A stretch of DNA of 64,000 nucleotides, from positions 780,020-844,019 of the forward strand of contig JAQTYF010000001.1 of the NCBI GenBank assembly GCA_028688415.1. Direction: 5' to 3'. Below the pieces are notes generated by a model. It searched no databases and was not told the origin of the DNA. It saw only the letters and a list, made by a program, of their open reading frames with translations. Positions 48,563-58,171 of this stretch are shown one piece after another. How positions within the stretch are numbered: the stretch's first letter is position 1; each line of letters opens with the position of its first letter. The position numbers were made by a program, and so were the translations under genes. Source of the stretch: Candidatus Moraniibacteriota bacterium. GTDB taxonomy: Bacteria > Patescibacteriota > Minisyncoccia > Moranbacterales > UBA1568.

Positions 48563-49528
48563 ATGATTTTTTTTGTACACGGTGAAGACGACTTCTTGGT
48601 TAACAAGCGTCGAGGTATTTTACAAAAATCTTTTTTGGAACATTCCCCAGAAGGAGAACTTTTTGTTTTTGATTTTGAAGATCAGGGAACAATGGATGCT
48701 GTAAAAAAAAGCGTATCCTCGTGTGCTTCTGGGTTATTTTCTTCAAAAAAAATGATTGTTTTTCTTCATCCATTCCAACTCGAAGAAGGGGCAGAACATT
48801 TCTTTTTGGATTTTCTTCAGGCGTTCGTTGTGAAGAACGAAAAAGATACAACACTTCTTTTTGTCGAGCCAGGAAAAATAAAAAAAACGAATACTCTCGT
48901 AAAGTTTCTTTTGAAACATCGCGATACAGAGGAAGTTTTTACAAAGCCTGAGGCGAGAAATATGAATGAATATATCAAGACGCGACTCTCTTCTCTTGAT
49001 GCCAAGGCACAATTTTCCCGAGAAGCACTTTCTCTCTTTATTGTATTCCTCGGCAACAACACTGCCCGAATCGAAACAGAACTCGAGAAGCTTTCGACAT
49101 TCAAACCAGGGGGCATATTCGAGAAAGAAGACGTGTTGTTGTTAGTTGGGAGTATGGCTGAAAATGTCATTTTTGAGGCTCTCGATGCTCTAGCACAAGG
49201 GAATAGACAGAAGGCTCTTGTTCTTTTTCGACAAGAATTAGTGGGATCGGAAGGTGTGTATCCCCTTCTTGGTCTCTGTGCATGGCAAGTGAGACGATTC
49301 CTTTTGGTGAGAGAGTTGTACGATCGAGGGATGAGTCAGCCAGCTCTTATCGCAACACAGATAAAAGTACCACCTTTTGTTGTTCAAAAGATACTCGGTG
49401 TTGTGAAACATTTTCCGATGACACGAATCAAAAAAGGACTCATGCTTCTTTCGGATTTTGATACCGCTCTCAAACAAGGAACGCTCGATCCCTTGGTAGC
49501 TCTTGATTTGTTTGTGTGGAAATTTTGA
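48563..49528 (+). CDS. holA: DNA polymerase III delta subunit
   Basis: IFFVHGED, GLFSSKK, ELEKL, IFEALDA and DTALKQG motifs; adjacent to rpsT. Confidence 0.87.
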   Translation: MIFFVHGEDDFLVNKRRGILQKSFLEHSPEGELFVFDFEDQGTMDAVKKSVSSCASGLFSSKKMIVFLHPFQLEEGAEHFFLDFLQAFVVKNEKDTTLLFVEPGKIKKTNTLVKFLLKHRDTEEVFTKPEARNMNEYIKTRLSSLDAKAQFSREALSLFIVFLGNNTARIETELEKLSTFKPGGIFEKEDVLLLVGSMAENVIFEALDALAQGNRQKALVLFRQELVGSEGVYPLLGLCAWQVRRFLLVRELYDRGMSQPALIATQIKVPPFVVQKILGVVKHFPMTRIKKGLMLLSDFDTALKQGTLDPLVALDLFVWKF

Positions 49529-49575
49529 AAAAAGAAAAAAAGACCCAAGAGAGGGTCTTTTTTAGAGAAGAGGTA

Positions 49576-49848
49576 TTATGCCTTGACAGCAATTTTTTTT
49601 ACCAATGTATTGAGACGAGATTTCTTTCGAGCAGCAGTATTTTTCTTGATAACCTTCTTTTGAGCCGCTTTATCGAGAGCCTTGATAGCTTCTTTGAGAT
49701 TCTTTTGTGCGACATCGAGCGTACCAGCCGTGACTGCTTCACGAGTTTTTTTGATAGCACTTTTTACGACACCATTCACTATTTTGTTGCGAACCGTTTT
49801 TTTCTCGGTAACGCGCATATACTTTTTGGCTGATTTCTTGATCGGCAT
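49576..49848 (-). CDS. rpsT: 30S ribosomal protein S20
   Basis: MPIKKSAKK...LDKAAQKKVIKKNTAARKKSRL. Confidence 0.96.
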   Translation of the reverse strand: MPIKKSAKKYMRVTEKKTVRNKIVNGVVKSAIKKTREAVTAGTLDVAQKNLKEAIKALDKAAQKKVIKKNTAARKKSRLNTLVKKIAVKA

Positions 49849-50043
49849 AATATTTGATCGATTGGTAACAATCGTTTATATGGGTTATTTCTCACGCACA
49901 CAGTACAATGAAGATGTATCCTTTTTAACACGCTTTTGTTCTTTTGGCAAGCCGTCTCTCTTATGAAGAGAAAAGGGGAATATGCTACAATACACCAATA
50001 AGAGAGAAAAGGTTTTCCAATATGTTTTATTTACACTGTGCGT

Positions 50044-50658
50044 ATGATTGCTCAAATCGAAGGAAAAATCGTCGGTATCAAAGGAAATGCGGTTATTGTG
50101 AGGGTGGGTGGTCTTGGCTACTTGGTTTCTGTTTCTGCTTATACGCTTGGTAAGGTGGCTGGAAAGGAAGAAGAAATACTTTTTTATATCCATACGCATG
50201 TGAGAGAAGACCAACTTGCTTTGTATGGATTTCTTCAGGAAGAAGAGTTGATTATGTTTGAACTGCTTATTTCTATTTCTGGCATTGGTCCCAAGGTCGC
50301 ACTTTCTATACTTTCCATAGCAGATGTCAATACTATCTGTACAGCGATTGTCAACAAGGATCCGAGTATTCTCACGCGCGTGTCAGGTGTGGGAAAAAAG
50401 ACAGCTGAGCGCGTCATTATAGAATTACAAAATAAAGTAGACGGTCTTGGCGGAAGCGATCACACAGGAACACTGATTGATCAGGATGCTATGGAGGCTC
50501 TTGTATCACTTGGATATTCTGTCGCAGAGGCACGTGAAGCTCTCAAGCTCGTTTCTTCTGACGTGAAAGATGTGAGTGACCGTATTCGTCAGGCACTCAA
50601 AAATCTTGGAAAAGATTCGTCTGATAAGAATCAGAAAAGTAATCGTGTAAAAAAATAA
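50044..50658 (+). CDS. ruvA: Holliday junction DNA-binding protein RuvA
   Basis: MIAQIEG, VGGLGY, HVRED, SGIGPK, GVGKKTAER and ALVSLGY motifs. Confidence 0.96.
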   Translation: MIAQIEGKIVGIKGNAVIVRVGGLGYLVSVSAYTLGKVAGKEEEILFYIHTHVREDQLALYGFLQEEELIMFELLISISGIGPKVALSILSIADVNTICTAIVNKDPSILTRVSGVGKKTAERVIIELQNKVDGLGGSDHTGTLIDQDAMEALVSLGYSVAEAREALKLVSSDVKDVSDRIRQALKNLGKDSSDKNQKSNRVKK

Positions 50659-50663
50659 ATCAA

Positions 50664-51692
50664 ATGCACGAATTTCTTCAATCAAAGTATTGGTCAATAT
50701 TTCAGCAGTCTACGGGAAAAGAAGTGCTTGATGGCTCTACAAAGGACCTCCTTGTTTGCGGTATTTTTCATGTCCTTCCATGGGGAGGAAAATACCTCTA
50801 TATACCGAGAGGACCAATAGCAACCAATGGCCAACAATTATCAAAAGAAGGTGTTCAGAAACTTATTGAAGAAGCAATCAAGAGAAAAGCAAGATGGATA
50901 CGTATCGAACCAGAGAACGAAGAATCTCTCCAAAATATCAAAAATGTTTTTGAAGGAAAAATAGTCCGAGCACCCCATGATGTACAGCCCAGGGAATTGT
51001 TGATTATGGATATCACCCCCGATGAAGAGGCTCTGTTATCAAATATGAAATCAAAGACAAGGTATAATATCCGTCTTGCAGAGAAACGTGGAGTAAAGGT
51101 GTTTCTGACTCGCGAAGAAAAATATGTGCACGCATTTTACAATCTCGTTTCAGCAACATCCGATCGCAAATCTATCAACTCTCATCCAAAGGAATATTAC
51201 GAGAAATTTTTTGAAGCGTTTCCTCCAGAGATCTGTCAACTCTTTGTTGCGGAATATAATGGAGAAGTACTTGTTGCCAATATCCTCATTCTCTTTGAGG
51301 GGAGAGCGCTGTATTTGCACGGCGGATCAAGTGACGCGTATCGAGATGTGATGGCTCCGTTTCTCTTACAATGGAAACAGATATGCTTCGCCAAAGATCA
51401 AGGATGTACAGAGTATGATTTTGGAGGGATACACACAGAAGATAAGGGACAAGGGATGCGCGATAAGAGAGAAGAAAAGATGGAAAACAAAAGATCACTC
51501 ATCAATTATCACTCATCAATTATCACTCATCCGTGGGAAGGAATTACAAGATTTAAAAAAGGCTTTGCTCCCAATACACTACCGACAGTGTACCCTGGAA
51601 CATTTGATATTATTCTTGATTCTCGAGTATACTTCTTATACAGAACCCTCCGTACTTTCAAGAATTTTATCCATCTTTTGTTATCCAAATAA
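50664..51692 (+). CDS. FemABX family peptidoglycan peptidyltransferase
   Basis: FLQSKYW, YIPRGP, KTRYNIRLAEKRGV, YLHGGS and YDFGG...GITRFKKGF motifs. Confidence 0.88.
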   Translation: MHEFLQSKYWSIFQQSTGKEVLDGSTKDLLVCGIFHVLPWGGKYLYIPRGPIATNGQQLSKEGVQKLIEEAIKRKARWIRIEPENEESLQNIKNVFEGKIVRAPHDVQPRELLIMDITPDEEALLSNMKSKTRYNIRLAEKRGVKVFLTREEKYVHAFYNLVSATSDRKSINSHPKEYYEKFFEAFPPEICQLFVAEYNGEVLVANILILFEGRALYLHGGSSDAYRDVMAPFLLQWKQICFAKDQGCTEYDFGGIHTEDKGQGMRDKREEKMENKRSLINYHSSIITHPWEGITRFKKGFAPNTLPTVYPGTFDIILDSRVYFLYRTLRTFKNFIHLLLSK

Positions 51693-52946
51693 ATGAAACG
51701 CTTTCTTTCAACTGTTATTCCACAAAGCATAAAGAATTTGTATCACCTGATGCAGGCGATGAGCGCCTGTTTGTATTACGGTTTTCCTGGAAGAAAGATA
51801 CAAATCATTGGCGTGACAGGAACAAATGGAAAGACAACAACGACACAACTCATCGCACGTATCCTCGAACAGTCAGGAAGAAAAGTTGCTGTTGCCTCAA
51901 CTATCAACTTTCAGATAGGGGAGAAAAAATGGGTGAATAGTTCCAAGTTTACTACCCTTTCCGCCTGGAAGCTCCAAAAATTTCTCAGGGAAGCCGTGGA
52001 TATATCGTGTGAATATGCTGTTATCGAGACATCATCGCATGCTCTTGATCAGAACAGGGTATGGGGCGTACCCTACGCGCTTGCTGTGATGACCAATGTG
52101 ACTCGCGAACATCTCGATTATCACAAAACAATGGCAGAATACCGCAAGGCAAAAAAACAACTTTTTCGTATTGCTAAACGTGCCGTGGTGAATCTTGACA
52201 TGGATGAACCGGAGTATTTTTCTACCAAAGAGAAGAATCAAACCCTTTTCTATAGTACGAAAGATCGTAATGCACATCTCTTTGCTGAACGCATAGAACT
52301 TGATTTCGATAACACCGAGTTCGTTTGCGATGATGTGCATTTCCGTATTCATTTGCCAGGACTCTTTAATGTCGAAAACGCATTGGCTGCTCTCGGCGTC
52401 GCACGACTCCTCGATATCGATTTTTCGATTGCCAAAGAAGCTCTTGCACATGTTCAGGTGATTCCAGGAAGGATGGAACTTGTCAAAAATACTTTTGGGA
52501 TTGATATTATTATCGACTATGCGGTTACTCCTGATTCTTTTGAAAAGTTGTATGAGTCCGTACTTCCTCTCCAAATACCTGGTACAAAAATTATTCACGT
52601 TTTTGGCGCTTGTGGTGATCGTGATCGAGGCAAGCGTCCGATAATGGGAGAGATCGCAACGAGCAATGCTGATATTATTATTCTTACCAATGAAGATCCT
52701 TTTTCTGAAGACCCGGAACAGATTCTCGATGATATCGAAAAAGGAATAATAAAGAAAAAAGAGAAAAACTATTTTCGTATTTTTGATCGCAGGGAAGCTA
52801 TCAAAAAATCCCTTTCTTTGGCCGAGATCGGTGATATTGTACTCATTACGGGCAAGGGTGCCGAAGAGACAATGGCGATTGGTGAAGAACGTATTGTTTG
52901 GAATGAGCGACAGGCAATAGAAGAAGAGTTAAAAAAACGAATCTGA
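51693..52946 (+). CDS. murE: UDP-MurNAc-tripeptide synthetase
   Basis: GVTGTNGKTT, ETSSHA, TREHLDYH, PGRME, DYAVTPD and GDRDRGKR motifs. Confidence 0.92.
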   Translation: MKRFLSTVIPQSIKNLYHLMQAMSACLYYGFPGRKIQIIGVTGTNGKTTTTQLIARILEQSGRKVAVASTINFQIGEKKWVNSSKFTTLSAWKLQKFLREAVDISCEYAVIETSSHALDQNRVWGVPYALAVMTNVTREHLDYHKTMAEYRKAKKQLFRIAKRAVVNLDMDEPEYFSTKEKNQTLFYSTKDRNAHLFAERIELDFDNTEFVCDDVHFRIHLPGLFNVENALAALGVARLLDIDFSIAKEALAHVQVIPGRMELVKNTFGIDIIIDYAVTPDSFEKLYESVLPLQIPGTKIIHVFGACGDRDRGKRPIMGEIATSNADIIILTNEDPFSEDPEQILDDIEKGIIKKKEKNYFRIFDRREAIKKSLSLAEIGDIVLITGKGAEETMAIGEERIVWNERQAIEEELKKRI

Positions 52947-53021
52947 ACATTCTGTCTTTATTGAAACGTATATCAAAAAACTCCTGACAAAAGCCAGGAG
53001 TTTTTCTTTTTCTTGTGGGTA

Positions 53022-53462
53022 TTAGAAGAGCGAGATGAAAAAGAGAGTGAGAAAGAATCCTATGAAAGCTCCACCAAGTATTTCGCTGACACGATGACCA
53101 ACGCGTTCTTTGAGACGAGGGAATTTACTTTCATCGATTTCTCCTTTGAGTTGATCAATGAGCATATTGAGATAGCGACCCTGATCACCGAGATACATAC
53201 GAATACGGGCTGCATCATCGATGACAATAAATGAGAGTACGGCAGAGAGTGCAAAGGCGGCTGAATTGATACCTTCGTAGTGTGCCATCGTTACGAGAAG
53301 CGATATTACGAGACTCGTATGAGCGCTCGGCATATGACCGTGTGTAAACGCATACTCTATGTTCCAACCATGTTTGATGGTGTAGAGAATAAACTTTATG
53401 GCTTGTGTAATGATGCCGACTGTGATCGGAATAAGAAATACGAGATAGGTAGTAGCTTCCAT
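53022..53462 (-). CDS. Divergent PAP2 (DUF212/YuiD) family protein
   Basis: GHMPSAH, DDAARIR and LKERVGH motifs. Confidence 0.83.
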   Translation of the reverse strand: MEATTYLVFLIPITVGIITQAIKFILYTIKHGWNIEYAFTHGHMPSAHTSLVISLLVTMAHYEGINSAAFALSAVLSFIVIDDAARIRMYLGDQGRYLNMLIDQLKGEIDESKFPRLKERVGHRVSEILGGAFIGFFLTLFFISLF

Positions 53463-53563
53463 AAATAAAGTATAAATAATTTATTATAAAGGAGAGGAGA
53501 TATTCCTTTTTTAGTATAGTACAGAAGTATTCTTTTTACGAGAGAGTATTGCGAAGCATTTCT

Positions 53564-54106
53564 TTATTGTACTTTTTCTACCGTTTCGATATCGTCGACG
53601 AGGAGAGTAATAGATGGATGAAATGAAGGAATTTTTCCTCTATTACTACGAGCAGTATGTTCTATTACCCGAAGTTCTGTCCCGGAGACACGAATCAGAG
53701 TGTCATTTTTTTTCTTTGATTCTTTGTAGATGGTTGATATTTTTTTGACTACATCAGCATTTTTTCCGATAAGCTGAAGACTGATGATAGATTCTTTCGC
53801 CTTTTCTGCACTCTCATTGGAACATCTTCGGAAATCCCCATATTTTTTATTGAGCTCGTCTACGGTCCCCATCGAGAGTGCGGGAAGTTCTGCATGATAA
53901 TAATCATTTTCAGGGAGCCCTTCACCAACGAGCAGATAGACGGATTGCCGAGAAGTACCTGATTGTTTGAGTGTTGTCAGGGCTTGAGGAGTTTTGACAA
54001 ACACGGTATCGTTTTCAAAAGTATATTTTCTTTGAGAAGCAAAAAAGACAAAAACGAGTGCTCCTATCATAAAAAGAATAATAAAGGAGAATTCGTATCG
54101 TTTCAT
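53564..54106 (-). CDS. Hypothetical membrane-anchored protein
   Basis: 180-aa ORF with N-terminal TM helix. Confidence 0.6.
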   Translation of the reverse strand: MKRYEFSFIILFMIGALVFVFFASQRKYTFENDTVFVKTPQALTTLKQSGTSRQSVYLLVGEGLPENDYYHAELPALSMGTVDELNKKYGDFRRCSNESAEKAKESIISLQLIGKNADVVKKISTIYKESKKKNDTLIRVSGTELRVIEHTARSNRGKIPSFHPSITLLVDDIETVEKVQ

Positions 54107-54235
54107 AGAGAGTATTCTATAAATATTTATACTACATCCCTTCTATTATATCATAGATGAAGAGGAGAATATTGTCCTTTTTCTCAAATATGCTATACTT
54201 ATAAGACAAAATGTAATTTATTTTGATAAAAAACT

Positions 54236-54787
54236 ATGAATGCAACCCTTATTATTCTCATTGTTATTGTTTTGTTCGTACTGTACATTGTCGCGATATA
54301 CAACGGACTTGTTCAGCTTCGCAATCGCGTGAGTGAAGCGTGGAGTGATATCGATGTGCAACTCAAACGTCGTTATGACCTCATCCCAAACCTGATCAGT
54401 ACCGTAAAGGGATATGCTTCACATGAATCCAGTGTCTTTGAGAAAGTGACCGAGGCCCGAGCGAACGCAATGCAAGCCGGAACCCCTGGAGAAAAAGCAG
54501 AAGCAGAAAACATGCTTTCTGGGACACTGAAATCATTGTTTGCGGTCTCAGAAGCGTATCCAGACCTCAAGGCCAATACGAACTTCCTCGAATTGCAACG
54601 CGAGCTCTCTGATACAGAGAATAAAATTCAGGCCTCTCGTCGATTCTATAACGGCAATGTTCTCGAACTCAACAACAAGATCGATATGTTTCCGAGCAAT
54701 ATCATCGCGAGTATGTTTGCCTTTACCAAGCGTGAATTCTTTGAAATAGCCGAAGCAGAAAAAGAACCAGTCAAAGTGGTTTTCTAG
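54236..54787 (+). CDS. lemA: LemA family protein
   Basis: [24 protein letters not shown] and RRFYN motifs. Confidence 0.95.
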   Translation: MNATLIILIVIVLFVLYIVAIYNGLVQLRNRVSEAWSDIDVQLKRRYDLIPNLISTVKGYASHESSVFEKVTEARANAMQAGTPGEKAEAENMLSGTLKSLFAVSEAYPDLKANTNFLELQRELSDTENKIQASRRFYNGNVLELNNKIDMFPSNIIASMFAFTKREFFEIAEAEKEPVKVVF

Positions 54788-54906
54788 ATTCGTCTCAAAA
54801 AAGAATTTTCGAAAGCGGGCCTATTGGTCCGCTTTTCTCTTTCTTCTTTTTACGGTAGAATAGAGAGACAATAAAAGCTTTTCCTCAAGAATTAACACAT
54901 ACTTCT

Positions 54907-55800
54907 ATGGCAACACTCTACAATCAATATGACAAGAATATTCGTCTGACATGGGTATATATCACAATGTTTCTTCTGTTCGTTATCGGTGTCGGGTATG
55001 TATTCGCAGGGGCGATGCAGTCGAGTATGGTGCTCTATATCGCGGTTGCTTTTTCGACCATCACGAGTTTCATATCGTACTGGTGGAGTGACAAAATTGT
55101 GCTTTCGATGAGCGGAGCCAAAGAGCTCACTTTTGCAGAAAACAAAGAAATTTATCGTCTCGTAGAAAATCTCACTATCACTGCTGGTCTGCCCTTGCCA
55201 AAAATCTATACCATCGAAGATACAGCGATGAATGCTTTTGCGACGGGTCGTGATCCGAAGCATGGAGTGATTTGTCTCACAACAGGGATTATTGCTCGAT
55301 TGGAGAAAAATGAGCTCGAAGGTGTGATTGCTCACGAACTCTCGCACATCGGCAATCGCGATACACTTCTCTCGACGGTCGTAGTGATTCTCGTCGGGTT
55401 TGTAGCACTCCTCGCAGACTGGTTCCGACATTGGGCCTGGTTCGGAGGGAATCGTGATAGTGACAGCAAAAATCAGCTCCAAGTCATTCTTATGATTGCT
55501 GCCATCATCCTGTCGATTCTCGCGCCGCTTTTTGCGATGCTCATACAACTTGCTATTTCACGCAAGCGTGAGTTTTTGGCGGATGCTTCTGGAGCTCTGC
55601 TCACACGTTATCCTGAGGGACTGGCGAGTGCGCTCGAGAAGATTTCTACCGATACTGAGCCACTCGAAGCAGCCAATAGAGCGACAGCACACCTCTACAT
55701 TGCCAATCCTTTTAAGGGGAAAAATCTGACCAAGCTTTTTATGACGCACCCTCCGATGGAGGAACGAGTCGCCGCACTTCGAGGGATGGAGGTTAAGTAA
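54907..55800 (+). CDS. htpX: M48 zinc metalloprotease HtpX
   Basis: NAFATG, HELSH, SRKREFLAD and THPP motifs. Confidence 0.94.
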   Translation: MATLYNQYDKNIRLTWVYITMFLLFVIGVGYVFAGAMQSSMVLYIAVAFSTITSFISYWWSDKIVLSMSGAKELTFAENKEIYRLVENLTITAGLPLPKIYTIEDTAMNAFATGRDPKHGVICLTTGIIARLEKNELEGVIAHELSHIGNRDTLLSTVVVILVGFVALLADWFRHWAWFGGNRDSDSKNQLQVILMIAAIILSILAPLFAMLIQLAISRKREFLADASGALLTRYPEGLASALEKISTDTEPLEAANRATAHLYIANPFKGKNLTKLFMTHPPMEERVAALRGMEVK

Positions 55801-55907
55801 AATTTCTAATTACCAATTTCTAATTTCTAAACAATTTTCAATTATTTAATTTTAGAATTAAAAAATTATTTCATTGTTTGAAAATTGAAAATTAAGAATT
55901 GAAAATT
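55801..55907. repeat. 7-bp-periodic inverted-repeat tract
   Basis: Left arm of AATTTCT-type units and right arm of GAAAATT-type units, with AAACAAT/ATTGTTT. Confidence 0.7.
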
Positions 55908-55908
55908 T

Positions 55909-56358
55909 ATGGGGTCTCCTTATCAAGACTTTGTACAAAAAGCCAAGGCACGCTTTGCAGAAAAAAAGCAGGCTCAGCTCTCAAATAAAGCTGAGTATCA
56001 ATTCACGGCACACTCGCAGTTCAAGATGACGCAGTATGGACTGAGTGAGCAGAAGATAAAAAGTGTCATCAGGAATCCGAAACGGCGAGAAGTCGGTATC
56101 GTGCCCAAAACAGTCGCGGTAATGCAACCTGTATCGCTCAAGAAAGTAGATGGCAAAGAGACATGGAAACAAGAAATTTGGGTGATGTTTGTCATCAAGA
56201 AAACATCCGAAGCAACAAAAGCATTGGGACGACAAAACATTCGCATTATCAGTGCCTGGAGATATCCAGGAATAAGTCCGAAACGCAATCCTATTCCGCT
56301 TGAAATTTTGCGTGAAATCGAATCAGGGGAAATTTTTGAAGAAACAGATCTGTTCTAA
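55909..56358 (+). CDS. Hypothetical protein, possibly DUF4258/BrnT-like fold
   Basis: FTAHSQFKM..YGLS..., EIWVM and IISAWRYPG pattern. Confidence 0.55.
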   Translation: MGSPYQDFVQKAKARFAEKKQAQLSNKAEYQFTAHSQFKMTQYGLSEQKIKSVIRNPKRREVGIVPKTVAVMQPVSLKKVDGKETWKQEIWVMFVIKKTSEATKALGRQNIRIISAWRYPGISPKRNPIPLEILREIESGEIFEETDLF

Positions 56359-56427
56359 CAAGGGGACAGATTTTTTATTTTCTCAGAAAAGAGTATACTG
56401 AAATCATAATTATTATTCACATGAAAT

Positions 56428-58170
56428 ATGTCGTGGATCTTAAGTATCGTGGCGATCATTATGGTGCTGAGTTTGCGTGGACGAGTGCAGTATCTCGAGA
56501 AGACAGTGAAGCAATTGACAGAGGGCGCGGTAATAAAAGAGACCGTTTCTCAAACGTCTGAGACCACAAACGCTCCTGTTTTTTCACAATCCGTTTCAGG
56601 TAATGAAACAGTAGAGCAGACTACAGAGATTGACTCATCTTCTCCATCACGACAAGCTGTTTCTGTTGATCCTTTGACACGCTTCTTTCGATGGTTTGCA
56701 GTGGATTGGCTGATGAAGATAGGAGCTATCCTACTCTTTCTCGGTATCGGTTGGATTGTTACGGTTGTATTTTGGGATGCGATCGGAGAAGTCGGACAAG
56801 TGTCTCTCGGTCTCTTCCTTGGTATAGCTATTCTCTTTTTTGGAATGAAACGTATCGGACAATACAGCAGTCAGGGGAGTGTGCTTCTCGGACTCGGTGC
56901 TGGCGTGACCTTTTTCACTCTTTTTGCGGCTCGTACAACATACGATATGTTCTCACCTGCGAGCGTCCTTATTTTTATGTTCTTTGTCGCTGTTTTTGTA
57001 GCATACGTGAGCGTGACATACAAGAATTTTCCCGTGGCACTTATGGGATTATTTCTCGGAGGCATCGCACCACTTCTGACGGCCTCTGCTGTACCGAGTG
57101 TTTTTGGACTTTTCTCATATTTGTTTGTCCTGTGTCTCGGGACACTTTGGGTGGTCCGTCTGACGGGCTGGAGAAATCTGACAGTAACTGCCATTATCCT
57201 CTATGGATTGTATACACTCCCTTTCCTTTTTTCTTTCTCTTTTGCCGTGCCAGATCAAGGGACGAAAGTTCTCTTTGCTATTCTTTTTGCATCACTTTTC
57301 TTTGTCGCAAGCATTCTCTCTGTGTTGTATGACAAGAAGGCAGAAATGGCAGATCTGGTCGTAAGCCTCATCAATGGACTGATTCTTCTTGGATGGATTG
57401 TCAGTGTTGTATCGCCTGAGTTGCGAAGTATTGCTGCCGTGTTAGTGGCTATTGTTTCTTCGGTTGGTGCTTTCGCAGTGTATTCGTTGTCTTCTCTCCG
57501 TGAACCTGTATATACACATGCTCTCGTCGCAGGAGTGTTTATCGGTATGGCGACGGCTTTTGAGCTCCACGGTGCGCTTCTGACCATCGCTTACATTTTG
57601 GAGGCAACAGCCTTGGTGCTTGGCGCGCGATTTATTCTGCAGGAGAGTAGGGCGGTACGTCGTAGTTCTGTCGTGCTTCTGCTTCCGGCGATGCTCTCTT
57701 TTACCAGTCTCGTACGATATTCGATGGCGCATGAATTTCTAACTGCTGATTTCTTTGTTCTCCTCCTTATGACTCTTATGTTTTTTCTTTTGGCACCGAT
57801 TTTTCTCGAGGACGAACAATCATCAGAAACTTCTCACGCAGGAATAGGTACAATATCTCTCGTTGTCGGTTCTCTGTATGCTCTCGTCTTGGTATGGCTT
57901 GTCCTTCATAACATTCTTTCATCGGATCAGGCAACAACTATTGCACTTCTCCTTTATACGATCATAGGAATGGTTCTTTATGTCAATGGGAAAATGTCTG
58001 CCAAGAACAATCAGAAAGTTTCTGGTACAGCACTCCTTATTTTTGTGGTCGGACATCTTCTCTTGATTGATGTGTGGGGAATGGACGTCGTGGGTCGGAT
58101 CGTGACGTTCTCACTCGTGGGAGTGTTGCTTATGAGCACTGCTTTTATCGGTAAGAAAAGAATAGAATAA
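56428..58170 (+). CDS. DUF2339 polytopic membrane protein
   Basis: WLMKIGA, LAPLL-like GIAPLL and C-terminal RIVTFSLVG patterns; many TM helices. Confidence 0.75.
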   Translation: MSWILSIVAIIMVLSLRGRVQYLEKTVKQLTEGAVIKETVSQTSETTNAPVFSQSVSGNETVEQTTEIDSSSPSRQAVSVDPLTRFFRWFAVDWLMKIGAILLFLGIGWIVTVVFWDAIGEVGQVSLGLFLGIAILFFGMKRIGQYSSQGSVLLGLGAGVTFFTLFAARTTYDMFSPASVLIFMFFVAVFVAYVSVTYKNFPVALMGLFLGGIAPLLTASAVPSVFGLFSYLFVLCLGTLWVVRLTGWRNLTVTAIILYGLYTLPFLFSFSFAVPDQGTKVLFAILFASLFFVASILSVLYDKKAEMADLVVSLINGLILLGWIVSVVSPELRSIAAVLVAIVSSVGAFAVYSLSSLREPVYTHALVAGVFIGMATAFELHGALLTIAYILEATALVLGARFILQESRAVRRSSVVLLLPAMLSFTSLVRYSMAHEFLTADFFVLLLMTLMFFLLAPIFLEDEQSSETSHAGIGTISLVVGSLYALVLVWLVLHNILSSDQATTIALLLYTIIGMVLYVNGKMSAKNNQKVSGTALLIFVVGHLLLIDVWGMDVVGRIVTFSLVGVLLMSTAFIGKKRIE

Positions 58171-58171
58171 T

